Positions 7,940 to 16,152 of a stretch of DNA of 49,927 nt are shown here, in pieces. Each line of letters starts with the position of its first letter. Position 1 is the first letter of the stretch. The stretch comes from Dehalococcoidia bacterium (GTDB lineage Bacteria > Chloroflexota > Dehalococcoidia > E44-bin15 > DAOWNJ01). Under the pieces are notes generated by a model, which ran no database searches, was not told the origin of the DNA, and worked only from the letters and a program-made list of their open reading frames with translations. The stretch is taken from contig DAOTXZ010000028.1 in the NCBI GenBank assembly GCA_034435115.1, positions 1-49,927 on the forward strand, read 5' to 3'. Position numbers and translations under genes: made by a program.

Positions 7940-9869
7940 GCCCGACCCTCAAATAGACACTAAACGTCGTTCCCTTTCCCACCTCGCTTTGAACCTCGAT
8001 TCTTCCTTTGTGTCGCTCGATAATGCCGTGAGTCACAGCCAGCCCCAAGCCGACACCCTTCCCCTTCTCCTTGGTGGTGAAAAAGGGGGTAAACAGCTTG
8101 CGCAGGTTCTCCTTGGAGATGCCACAGCCTGTATCCTGAACATCGACCCTGAGCTGACCATCACCAACAAGCCTGGTGCGAATGGTCAACTCCCCTCCCT
8201 GTGGCATTGCCTGAATGGCATTCAATATGAGATTGGTGAATACCTGTTGTAGCTGGTCGAAATCAGCGGTGATCAGTGGCAGCGACGGGCTTAGCTCCTT
8301 TATCACCTTAACGCCCTGCATCTGGGCCTGATGAGCTACTAGGGATATGGCTTTTTCTATAGCCTGATTGACATCCGTCTCCCTTAAAAGTGGCTCTGAT
8401 TGCCTGGCGAAATCCAGAAGATTGCGGATTACCTTCGAACTATGGCTGATCTCAGCCTCTATCTTCGAGAGGTAGCGCAGGGCCTCTTCCTTTGTCAGGG
8501 TGTCGCCCTCGGTCTTTTTCATCAATAATTTGGTGTAGACCAAGACACCGGCTAAAGGATTATTAATTTCGTGGGCAATGGCAGCAGCCATCTGGCCCAG
8601 CGAGGTCAGCTTCTCCGCTTGAATAAGCTCCTCTTGAGCAGTCTGTAACCGTTGAATCAGGTAGGGCCAGCACATCTCACTTTCAGCCAAGCCCTGACAG
8701 ACAGCAATGGCCAACTCCCGGCAAGAGGAATAGCCGCAAGCGCCGCAATTAAGCTGGTCTTCAGGGGCTGCCTTTTTGATATGGGCTAAGGCGCGGCTGA
8801 TTTCCTCTTCGCGCGGGGCATCGAGCGCCGTGAATCGATTGGTGAACCTCCGACTCAGGTCAAGGTCAGCATATTCCTTGGCGTCTCTCTCTGCTTGAGC
8901 AGGATCAGCCTCCCTCAGCGCATAATCGACGATGAGCTCCCTCCGTCCGCTAATTGATAAGTCGTTATAAATCGCTGGCCCACCAACGCAACCTTCGCAG
9001 AAGAAAAGATCCAGGAATCTAGTCCTGATCTTGCCCTTGGCGAAGTCTCGAAGGCACTTGACCACGCGCTCCTTGCCCTCACCGATGACGATATCGTTTG
9101 ACGAGATGTCGCTGGTGAGCCCGGCCACTTTGAGTAAACCCCCTGGAATAGCGTACAGGCGCCCAAGGTGCGACTTGGGGCCAGCGAATTGCCCCTCCTC
9201 CTCATGACCAGGGTCGATCCCTCTGGCAGCGAGCATTTCCTTAAGTTCAGCAAAGGTCAACACAGCATCAATGACACCGGCAACCTTTTCGTCCACCCTC
9301 TCAACTTTCTTGGCGACACAGGGGCCAATGAAGACTACCTTGGCCCTGGGATTATACCGCCACTTAATCAACCGGCCCATCGCTACCATGGGCGAAACGA
9401 GAGGCACCAGGTTGCCGATTAGCTGGGGATAGAATTTTTCAATGACCAAGACGACAGCAGGGCAGGTGGAGGAGATGATAGGCTTATCCCCATTTTGCTC
9501 CATCAGTCGCTGATATTCTCGGGCCACCAGTTCGGCACCAAAGGCAACCTCCATCACCTCGCTGAACCCCAGTTTCTCGAGGGCAGTCGCCATCTGCCGC
9601 GGGCGCACCTCAGCCCAGGCGGCAGGGAACGAGGAAGACAGGATGGCAATTACTGGATATTGCCCCAAGAGCTGCCAAACGATGCCAACATCATTCTCCA
9701 CTTGCTTGGCGCCGACGGCGCAGACCCGAACACAGGTGCCACAGGCAATGCAGCGCTCCTTCATCACCTCAGCCAGCCCATCCCTGACCCTGATGGCCTT
9801 CACCGGGCAACTGCGGATGCAGGCATAGCACCGTTTACATTTGTCTCGCGACGTGAACACAATGCTCAT
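7932..9869 (-). CDS. Sensor histidine kinase with N-terminal 2x[4Fe-4S] ferredoxin, an [FeFe]-hydrogenase-like domain and an RnfB-type Fe-S domain
   Basis: Ferredoxin motifs CKRCYACIRSCP and CIACGTCVRVC. H-cluster-like motifs SSTCPAV, GPCVAKKVE and FCEGCVGGP. Also CGACGYSSC..C, then HisKA (AHEINNPL) and HATPase (DTGCGI, GKGVGLGL). ATG 9869 overlaps the upstream stop as ATGA. Confidence 0.87.
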   Translation of the reverse strand: MSIVFTSRDKCKRCYACIRSCPVKAIRVRDGLAEVMKERCIACGTCVRVCAVGAKQVENDVGIVWQLLGQYPVIAILSSSFPAAWAEVRPRQMATALEKLGFSEVMEVAFGAELVAREYQRLMEQNGDKPIISSTCPAVVLVIEKFYPQLIGNLVPLVSPMVAMGRLIKWRYNPRAKVVFIGPCVAKKVERVDEKVAGVIDAVLTFAELKEMLAARGIDPGHEEEGQFAGPKSHLGRLYAIPGGLLKVAGLTSDISSNDIVIGEGKERVVKCLRDFAKGKIRTRFLDLFFCEGCVGGPAIYNDLSISGRRELIVDYALREADPAQAERDAKEYADLDLSRRFTNRFTALDAPREEEISRALAHIKKAAPEDQLNCGACGYSSCRELAIAVCQGLAESEMCWPYLIQRLQTAQEELIQAEKLTSLGQMAAAIAHEINNPLAGVLVYTKLLMKKTEGDTLTKEEALRYLSKIEAEISHSSKVIRNLLDFARQSEPLLRETDVNQAIEKAISLVAHQAQMQGVKVIKELSPSLPLITADFDQLQQVFTNLILNAIQAMPQGGELTIRTRLVGDGQLRVDVQDTGCGISKENLRKLFTPFFTTKEKGKGVGLGLAVTHGIIERHKGRIEVQSEVGKGTTFSVYLRVGRE

Positions 9870-10978
9870 CTGACACCCTTTCCTTTTCTCATCCAAGACG
9901 CAGGTATCTTAAGTTCACTCCTGAGCTTCGCCACCGAGCGCCGGGAAAGTGAGACACCCAATTCCTCCAGCTTGGCCTTAATTGCCTGGTCAGTGAGAGG
10001 CTCCTCCTCAGCTTCAAGGAGTTTGATGAGCAATTCCTTCTTGAACCTCTTCGGTCGGGGGAAAAAGTCCTTAATAGGTTTCTCCTCCCCCCAAGGGGTA
10101 TCGATGCTCTTGCCCCAGATAGCCCGGCTGATTGTGCTTGGGGCGACTCCGATCATCTTGGCCAGTTCCTTTTGGCTTAAAGGCAAAAGGGCCTTCGGGT
10201 CAGCCGATTCCAGGTACAGGCTCTGTTTTGCCACGATATTCTTCAATATTTGATACATTGTGTCCTTGCGGCTATTAATTAATTCCAACTTCTTAAATAA
10301 CCGCCTGATTTCCCTGGCCTCGGTCTCGCTGAAAAAGCCTTCACCTTTTAAGCCTTCAAACCTTTCATAATCGATCACATATCTCCCACGGGCAACGGAG
10401 GGCGAGGAGTAGCCAATCAAAAAGCCCTCCGGACCCCTCTCCACCGATGCCACCTTGGAGTAATGGGTCAGCCCTGGGGCGATGGTTAAAGGGTGATAGA
10501 ACTCGCTCGAGATAGCGAAGTCGTTAATGAGCTCGTTTATCCGCTCTACCTGAGAGGGCTCCAAATCACACTCCCGAGCGATTTCGTCCACGGTCATCCC
10601 CGCTTCGGGGAATAGGAAATATCGCTTGAATTTCTCCAACCCCAAATTGTTTATCCAGCCTACCACGGCTTCCCTGTTCAGCAAGATGGATTCCAGATCC
10701 AAAGAGCCTTTATCGGCTGCGATCTCTTCTTTAAGCTCATAAAAATGGGATGAAACATCGGTTCTGGGGAATCTCTGGTAGCGGATAATCCTTTCCCTCT
10801 GGCAGAGCCTGAAGAGAGGGTTCTTCTCTATCTCAGCGATGAGACGCTGAAACTCCCCTTCGGACATTTCCAGTAGGTTCGCCTGTTCCAAGCGGGCGAT
10901 TAGTTTAAACCCCTGCTGTGTCTTCAGCGATTGTGTTTGCTCGACTTCCAATGTATTCAAGCTCATACCAGCCCCCAT
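9866..10978 (-). CDS. rpoN: RNA polymerase sigma-54 factor, compact form (about 366-370 aa)
   Basis: Region I-like Gln/Leu N-terminus ending EIEKNPLF, a core-binding region, HTH PSTISRAI, and the RpoN box SRRSVAKLRSELKIP. An alternative start is ATG 10966. Confidence 0.82.
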   Translation of the reverse strand: MGAGMSLNTLEVEQTQSLKTQQGFKLIARLEQANLLEMSEGEFQRLIAEIEKNPLFRLCQRERIIRYQRFPRTDVSSHFYELKEEIAADKGSLDLESILLNREAVVGWINNLGLEKFKRYFLFPEAGMTVDEIARECDLEPSQVERINELINDFAISSEFYHPLTIAPGLTHYSKVASVERGPEGFLIGYSSPSVARGRYVIDYERFEGLKGEGFFSETEAREIRRLFKKLELINSRKDTMYQILKNIVAKQSLYLESADPKALLPLSQKELAKMIGVAPSTISRAIWGKSIDTPWGEEKPIKDFFPRPKRFKKELLIKLLEAEEEPLTDQAIKAKLEELGVSLSRRSVAKLRSELKIPASWMRKGKGVR

Positions 10979-11084
10979 CTATATGAGCTACGATTTCCCA
11001 CAGATGACGCTGAGGAGAACCGATCGCATAGGTGGCCCCGGCCTTCTCGTCACCTCAGACGGGCGAAAACCGAACTGCGCAACA

Positions 11085-11294
11085 CTAACCGCGCTTTTTG
11101 GCCCCTAGCCACAAGTTCGCGCTCCTCTCCGGCAGGCTCAGCCCCCAGCCCCGCCCCAGCTCGCTTCTCCCGGCCGACCCTAGTCCTTGGGGGCGCGTTG
11201 CCAAGACTACCCCGCCGACAATGGCAAACCCAATTGCAGCGGGGATGCCGATGTAAATAACCAAAACTAATAGAATCACTAGAGCGCTTCCCAT
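11085..11294 (-). CDS. Hypothetical small membrane protein
   Basis: Strong AAGGAGGAGG ribosome-binding site 6 nt upstream of the ATG. The N-terminal ~30 residues are hydrophobic (ALVILLVLVIYIGIPAAIGFAIVGGVVLA). The C-terminal half is low-complexity, so confidence is low. Confidence 0.35.
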   Translation of the reverse strand: MGSALVILLVLVIYIGIPAAIGFAIVGGVVLATRPQGLGSAGRSELGRGWGLSLPERSANLWLGAKKRG

Positions 11295-11487
11295 CGGCTA
11301 CCTCCTCCTTCTGAGCATAGCTTACCATCCACGATGTATGAACACATCCGCTGGCCAGCCTATGCTCCGGCGAGCAATAAGCCTAAAAAGCTTTGTTGGT
11401 TTCCTAGGGATTTGTGCGGGGTGACAATACAGAGGAGTAGGTCAACTGCCCTAGAAGGGATAAGTATCTTCGCTTAAAGGGGAAACA

Positions 11488-11561
11488 CGACCCCGAGGGG
11501 ATTCGAACCCCCGATCTCCACCGTGACAGGGTGGCATGTTAGTCCGCTACACTACGGGGCC
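11488..11561 (-). tRNA. tRNA-Asp (GTC)
   Basis: The minus strand folds by hand into a cloverleaf. Acceptor stem GGCCCCG/CGGGGTC, anticodon arm CCACC-CTGTCAC-GGTGG, T-arm GGGGGTTCGAATCCCC, discriminator G. No CCA is encoded. Confidence 0.9.
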
Positions 11562-11611
11562 AGAGATAAACCACCTTGCTCATTCTATCAAGAGCCTGCT
11601 ATGTTGTCAAG

Positions 11612-11640
11612 CTAAAGGGGGTTGAAAAAGGACCACGACT
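11612..11640 (+). promoter_or_regulatory. Sigma-70 type promoter of the pyr operon
   Basis: TTGAAA, a 17-nt spacer, then TATAGT, located upstream of the pyr leader. Confidence 0.5.
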
Positions 11641-11689
11641 GTGGTATAGTAATCTAACTAAATAGTATATTATTGTTCAAACCTTTAAA

Positions 11690-11773
11690 TCAGTCCCGAG
11701 AGGCTGGTAAGGGGAGAGAAGAGGAAAAACGGGTTCAAAAAACCCCTTGCCAGCAAAAAGGCAAGGGGTTTTT
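11690..11773 (+). promoter_or_regulatory. PyrR-binding leader with intrinsic terminator (pyrimidine attenuator)
   Basis: AGUCCCGAGAGGCU matches the conserved PyrR binding-loop core. Terminator arm AAAAAACCCCTTGCC (11737-11751) pairs with GGCAAGGGGTTTTT (11760-11773). GGTAAGGGG (11706-11714) could form an antiterminator. Confidence 0.7.
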
Positions 11774-11774
11774 A

Positions 11775-12320
11775 ATGCCTGAAAAGACCATAATGAATGA
11801 GGAGGATATCCGACGAGCCCTCGTTCGCATTGCCCATGAGATTGTGGAGAGGAACAAGGGCTGTAGCCAATTGGTCTTTATCGGCATGCAGACCCGTGGG
11901 GTGCCTCTAGCCAGAAGAATAACAGCCAAAATAGAGGAATTTGAGCACGCCGCGGTGCCTGTCGGTGAGTTGGACATCAACCTATACCGAGACGATCTCC
12001 CCGCCCTAGCCTTAAAGCCTCATATCCGCCCCACTAATATCCCCACCGATATCGCTGGTAAACGAGTTATCCTGGTTGATGATGTCCTGTATACCGGGCG
12101 AAGCATACGAGCCGCTATGGATGCCATCATCGATTTTGGGCGACCACAATCCATCCAGCTAGCAGTGCTTGTTGACCGCGGACATCGCGAGCTCCCCATC
12201 CGCGCCGATTATATAGGAAGGAACATACCCACCTCAAGATATGAGGAGGTCGCAGTGCGGGTAAAGGAAATCGACGGCAGGGACGAGGTGGCTATTATCA
12301 AGGGCGAGGGAACATCATGA
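11775..12320 (+). CDS. pyrR: Bifunctional pyrimidine operon regulator / uracil phosphoribosyltransferase PyrR
   Basis: The PRTase motif [17 protein letters not shown] and the N-terminus [16 protein letters not shown] match PyrR. The ORF-track start at 11673 would read through the attenuator. Confidence 0.9.
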   Translation: MPEKTIMNEEDIRRALVRIAHEIVERNKGCSQLVFIGMQTRGVPLARRITAKIEEFEHAAVPVGELDINLYRDDLPALALKPHIRPTNIPTDIAGKRVILVDDVLYTGRSIRAAMDAIIDFGRPQSIQLAVLVDRGHRELPIRADYIGRNIPTSRYEEVAVRVKEIDGRDEVAIIKGEGTS

Positions 12321-13300
12321 AGACTACAGAGCAACAAGAAACTCTCTCTGGGGCCTCCTTAGCGCCACCCTGGCGGCATCGCCATATCCTCGACCTGGAT
12401 GACTTCTCCCGCCAGGAAATAGAGCTTGTCTTTAAGACAACAGATGCTATGAAAGAGATTCTATCCCGCGAGATCAAGAGGGTGCCCACCCTGCGCGGCA
12501 AAACCATTATCACCCTTTTTTATGAGCCGAGCACCAGGACCAGGGTCTCCTTTGAACTGGCAGCAAAGAACCTAGGTGCTGATGTAGCCTCACTCATCGC
12601 CTCGGCAAGCAGTGTGGTCAAAGGGGAATCTCTCATTGATACTGTCTCCGCCCTACAGGCGCTGGGCGCTGACATTATTGTGATGCGCCACCCCCAATCG
12701 GGCGCCCCTTACCTCGTGGCTCAGCACCTTGGGGTGAGCGTGATCAATGCTGGAGATGGCTGGCATGCCCACCCCACCCAAGCCCTCCTCGACCTCTACA
12801 CAATCCAGCAGAGAATAGGGAGGGTCGAAGGACTGAAGGTGGTCATTATTGGAGATATTATGCACAGCCGGGTGGCTCGCTCCAATATCTGGGGCCTGAC
12901 CCTTATGGGTGCCGAGGTAGTCCTCTGCGGCCCCCCCACCCTTCTGCCAATCGGGCTGGACAGCGAGGCTGCCCTTCCTAGGGTTTTGATTGAGACAAAC
13001 CTGGATCATGCTATTCGGGAGGCTGATGTGGTGATGCCACTTCGCCTGCAACTTGAAAGGCAAAAACGAGGGCTAATCCCAAGCATTCGCGAGTATGCCG
13101 AGCTTTACCAGCTCAATGGGAGGCGGCTTAAGATGGCAAAACCCTCCGCTCTTGTCCTCCACCCAGGACCCATGAACGAGGGGGTGGAGATCGCCCCTGA
13201 TGTTGCCCATGGGGCACAGTCAGTGATCGAGCAGCAGGTGACCAACGGGGTAGCAGTGCGCATGGCTCTGCTTTATATACTGGCAAGGGGTGGCAAATGA
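12317..13300 (+). CDS. pyrB: Aspartate carbamoyltransferase catalytic subunit
   Basis: [13 protein letters not shown] and HPGP motifs. The ATGA start overlaps pyrR. Confidence 0.95.
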   Translation: MKTTEQQETLSGASLAPPWRHRHILDLDDFSRQEIELVFKTTDAMKEILSREIKRVPTLRGKTIITLFYEPSTRTRVSFELAAKNLGADVASLIASASSVVKGESLIDTVSALQALGADIIVMRHPQSGAPYLVAQHLGVSVINAGDGWHAHPTQALLDLYTIQQRIGRVEGLKVVIIGDIMHSRVARSNIWGLTLMGAEVVLCGPPTLLPIGLDSEAALPRVLIETNLDHAIREADVVMPLRLQLERQKRGLIPSIREYAELYQLNGRRLKMAKPSALVLHPGPMNEGVEIAPDVAHGAQSVIEQQVTNGVAVRMALLYILARGGK

Positions 13301-14676
13301 TACAGCCCCTGTTGATTAAGGGTGGTCGTATTATTGACCCCAGCCAAGGGATCGACCATTCCGGCAACATCCTCATCAAAGATGGCACGATTGCCTGGCT
13401 ACTCAGGGATGAAGGGCAGGAAACCTGCCTTCCTGAGCATTGCCTAGTGCTCGATGCCCACCGCCTTGTGGTCTGCCCTGGATTTATCGATCTTCACTGC
13501 CACCTCCGAGAACCGGGCTTCGAGGAGAAGGAAACCATCGCCACCGGCACCGAGGCAGCAGCAAGGGGTGGGTTCACCACCGTCTGCTGCATGCCAAACA
13601 CCAATCCTCCTATCGACAATAAGGCGGTGGTGGATTATGTGAAGGACAAGGCCAGGAAGAGGGGGATTATTCGGGTTCTCCCTATAGGCTGCATCAGCAA
13701 GGGGCGAAGGGGGGAGGAGCTCGCTGAGATGGGCGAGCTCGCCCAAGCCGGGGTGGTGGCATATAGTGATGATAGCGACCCGGTAAGGGACTCCCGGCTT
13801 ATGCGTCACGCCCTCGAGTATAGCCGCAATTTCGGCTTGCCCATTATCGACCACTGCGAGGATACCACACTCACCGAAGACGGGGTGATGAACGAAGGCT
13901 GGGTGGCAACAAGGCTCGGGCTCAGAGGGATGCCAACCATCGCTGAGGAGATTATGGTTGCCCGGGATATTGCCCTTGCTGAACTAACCAAAGGAAGACT
14001 TCATATCGCTCATGTGAGCACCCGGGGCTCGGTTGAGCTCATCCGCCGCGCCAAGGAGAAGGGGGTCGCCATCACCGCCGAGGTTACGCCCCATCACCTG
14101 ACCCTGACCGAGGAAAGGGTGATGGGCAACGAGGCGGCACCCCAACCCCTGTCACTCCTCTCTTATGATACCAATGCCAAGGTGAAACCGCCACTGCGGA
14201 CAAGGAGGGAAATCGAGGCGCTGATTCTGGGGCTGAAGGAGGGCGTCATCGATGCCATCGCCACAGATCACGCCCCCCATACTGAGGTCGACAAGAGGTG
14301 TGAGTTCGGACTCGCCGCCTTCGGCATCAGCGGTCTGGAGACGGCACTGGGGGCGCTCATGGGCCTTGTCCATAGTGGAGAGCTTGATCTGCCACTGCTT
14401 ATCTCAAAGCTCACCATAGAGCCAGCAAGGATCATCGGAAAGGAAATTGGCACTTTGAGGATGGGTGCCCCAGGCGATGTAACTATCTTTGACCCCGAGG
14501 CGGAGTGGGTGGTCGATCCAAAGGCTTTCGCCTCCAAAGGCAAAAACACCCCCCTCGCCGGGCGCATCCTCAAGGGCAGGGTGATGGCTACTGTTTGTGG
14601 CGGGAAGATTGTGTTTCAGGACAAGCATCTTCGGCTGGAGAAAAGCCACGACATTAAGGAAAGAGTCCGCGAGTGA
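13297..14676 (+). CDS. pyrC: Dihydroorotase
   Basis: [10 protein letters not shown] metal motif and amidohydrolase fold signatures. It overlaps pyrB and carA. Confidence 0.9.
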   Translation: MIQPLLIKGGRIIDPSQGIDHSGNILIKDGTIAWLLRDEGQETCLPEHCLVLDAHRLVVCPGFIDLHCHLREPGFEEKETIATGTEAAARGGFTTVCCMPNTNPPIDNKAVVDYVKDKARKRGIIRVLPIGCISKGRRGEELAEMGELAQAGVVAYSDDSDPVRDSRLMRHALEYSRNFGLPIIDHCEDTTLTEDGVMNEGWVATRLGLRGMPTIAEEIMVARDIALAELTKGRLHIAHVSTRGSVELIRRAKEKGVAITAEVTPHHLTLTEERVMGNEAAPQPLSLLSYDTNAKVKPPLRTRREIEALILGLKEGVIDAIATDHAPHTEVDKRCEFGLAAFGISGLETALGALMGLVHSGELDLPLLISKLTIEPARIIGKEIGTLRMGAPGDVTIFDPEAEWVVDPKAFASKGKNTPLAGRILKGRVMATVCGGKIVFQDKHLRLEKSHDIKERVRE

Positions 14677-15764
14677 AAAAGGCGATTCTGGTACTTGGGG
14701 ATGGGTCAGTATATGAAGGGGATTCCTTTGGCGCCGACCGTAGCGCTTACGGAGAGGTTGTTTTCAATACCAGCATGACCGGCTATCAGGAGATGCTCAC
14801 CGACCCATCATATGCCGGTCAGATCGTGGTTCCCACCTACCCCATCATCGGAAATTACGGTATAAATAGCGAAGATGTTGAATCAGGGCGGATTCAGGTA
14901 AGCGGCTTTGTGGTCAGGGAGAATTGCCCCATGCCCAGCCACTGGCAGAGCATCACCACCCTGCATGAATACCTCGCCGCAAGCGGAATCCCCGGGATAA
15001 GCGGGGTTGATACCCGCGCCATAACCAGGCGCCTTCGCTCGGCTGGGGTGATGATGGGAACCATCACCTCTGAGGAATCACCAGAGGAGGCGCTGGAGCG
15101 GCTGAAGAAACTTCCCCGGTATGATAACATTGACTTTGCAAGGCAGGTCACGACCGAGACCATTTACCGGTGGAAGCCCCGGGAGTGCGACCCGCCCCCC
15201 AGCTATCATATAGTTGTTGTTGATTGCGGGGTTAAATACAGCACCCTGCGCATCCTGAGCAGCATGGGCTGTCTTCTCACCGTTGTTCCCAGCATCACCC
15301 CGGCGGAGGAGATACTCGACTTGAATCCCGATGGCATCCTCCTCTCCTCGGGGCCGGGCAACCCGGCACTTCCCTACCTTGAGGAGACGGTTAGAAAGCT
15401 CATCGGCAAAAAGCCCATCATGGGGATATGTCTCGGGCATCAGCTAATTGGGCGCGCCTTTGGCGCCCAGACCTTCAAGCTCAAGTTCGGGCATAGGGGC
15501 GGAAATCACCCCGTCCGTGACCTTGTGACAGGTCGGGTTTACATCACTGCCCAGAATCATGGCTATGCCGTTGATGCCGATAGCGTTAAAGGGGGCTTAG
15601 AGGTAAGCCATATAAACTTAAACGATGGCACAGTGGAGGGGCTCCGCCACCGCGAGCTTCCGATATTCTCGATTCAATATCACCCCGAGGCATCTCCGGG
15701 ACCGCTGGACAATGTTTGTCTATTTGAGAGATTTCTGGAGATGGTGAGGGGGGTGAACATATGA
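14673..15764 (+). CDS. carA: Carbamoyl-phosphate synthase small (glutaminase) subunit
   Basis: GICLGHQ active-site Cys motif and YHPEASPGP. GTG start overlapping the pyrC stop. Confidence 0.95.
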   Translation: MKKAILVLGDGSVYEGDSFGADRSAYGEVVFNTSMTGYQEMLTDPSYAGQIVVPTYPIIGNYGINSEDVESGRIQVSGFVVRENCPMPSHWQSITTLHEYLAASGIPGISGVDTRAITRRLRSAGVMMGTITSEESPEEALERLKKLPRYDNIDFARQVTTETIYRWKPRECDPPPSYHIVVVDCGVKYSTLRILSSMGCLLTVVPSITPAEEILDLNPDGILLSSGPGNPALPYLEETVRKLIGKKPIMGICLGHQLIGRAFGAQTFKLKFGHRGGNHPVRDLVTGRVYITAQNHGYAVDADSVKGGLEVSHINLNDGTVEGLRHRELPIFSIQYHPEASPGPLDNVCLFERFLEMVRGVNI

Positions 15765-15837
15765 TGACCGAAGCCTGAAATCATAGAGCTTATAAAGCAA
15801 GCACAAGCAAAGAAAACACAAGAGAGCCCTAAGCGAC

Positions 15838-16149
15838 ATGTCTACTTCGAATCTTGCCCAGGAACCTTCTGAGAAAGGAAAGATTGCAATCAGGTGGACT
15901 GTGCGGGACGACTGCCCAGCCGACTTTATAGCCTGTGTTGATCTAACGAGGGAGAAGTTCCGGCCTATAAGTAGTGCAGAATTCAGACAAAAGGCCCAAC
16001 AGCATAATCGCGGCAATTCACACTTGTGGTGGTTAATCGAGCCGGGGCCAAAGTCGAAAAAGTCGTTGCGCGAGGATGACCTCAGCATTTATGATGCGGA
16101 TAGTGCCATCCCTAGAATCTTCGGCGTAAGGGGGCAGGGGGTGAGGTGA
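15838..16149 (+). CDS. Hypothetical protein inserted between carA and carB
   Basis: A 103-codon ORF fills most of the otherwise unexplained 388-nt carA-carB gap. It has no clear ribosome-binding site and no recognisable motif. Confidence 0.3.
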   Translation: MSTSNLAQEPSEKGKIAIRWTVRDDCPADFIACVDLTREKFRPISSAEFRQKAQQHNRGNSHLWWLIEPGPKSKKSLREDDLSIYDADSAIPRIFGVRGQGVR

Positions 16150-16152
16150 CCG

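Noticed and set aside
11352-11366. TGGCCAGCCTATGCT as a possible sigma-54 promoter.
   Set aside because: The GG to GC spacing is one nucleotide short. It also points on the plus strand toward the antisense side of tRNA-Asp, with no downstream gene.
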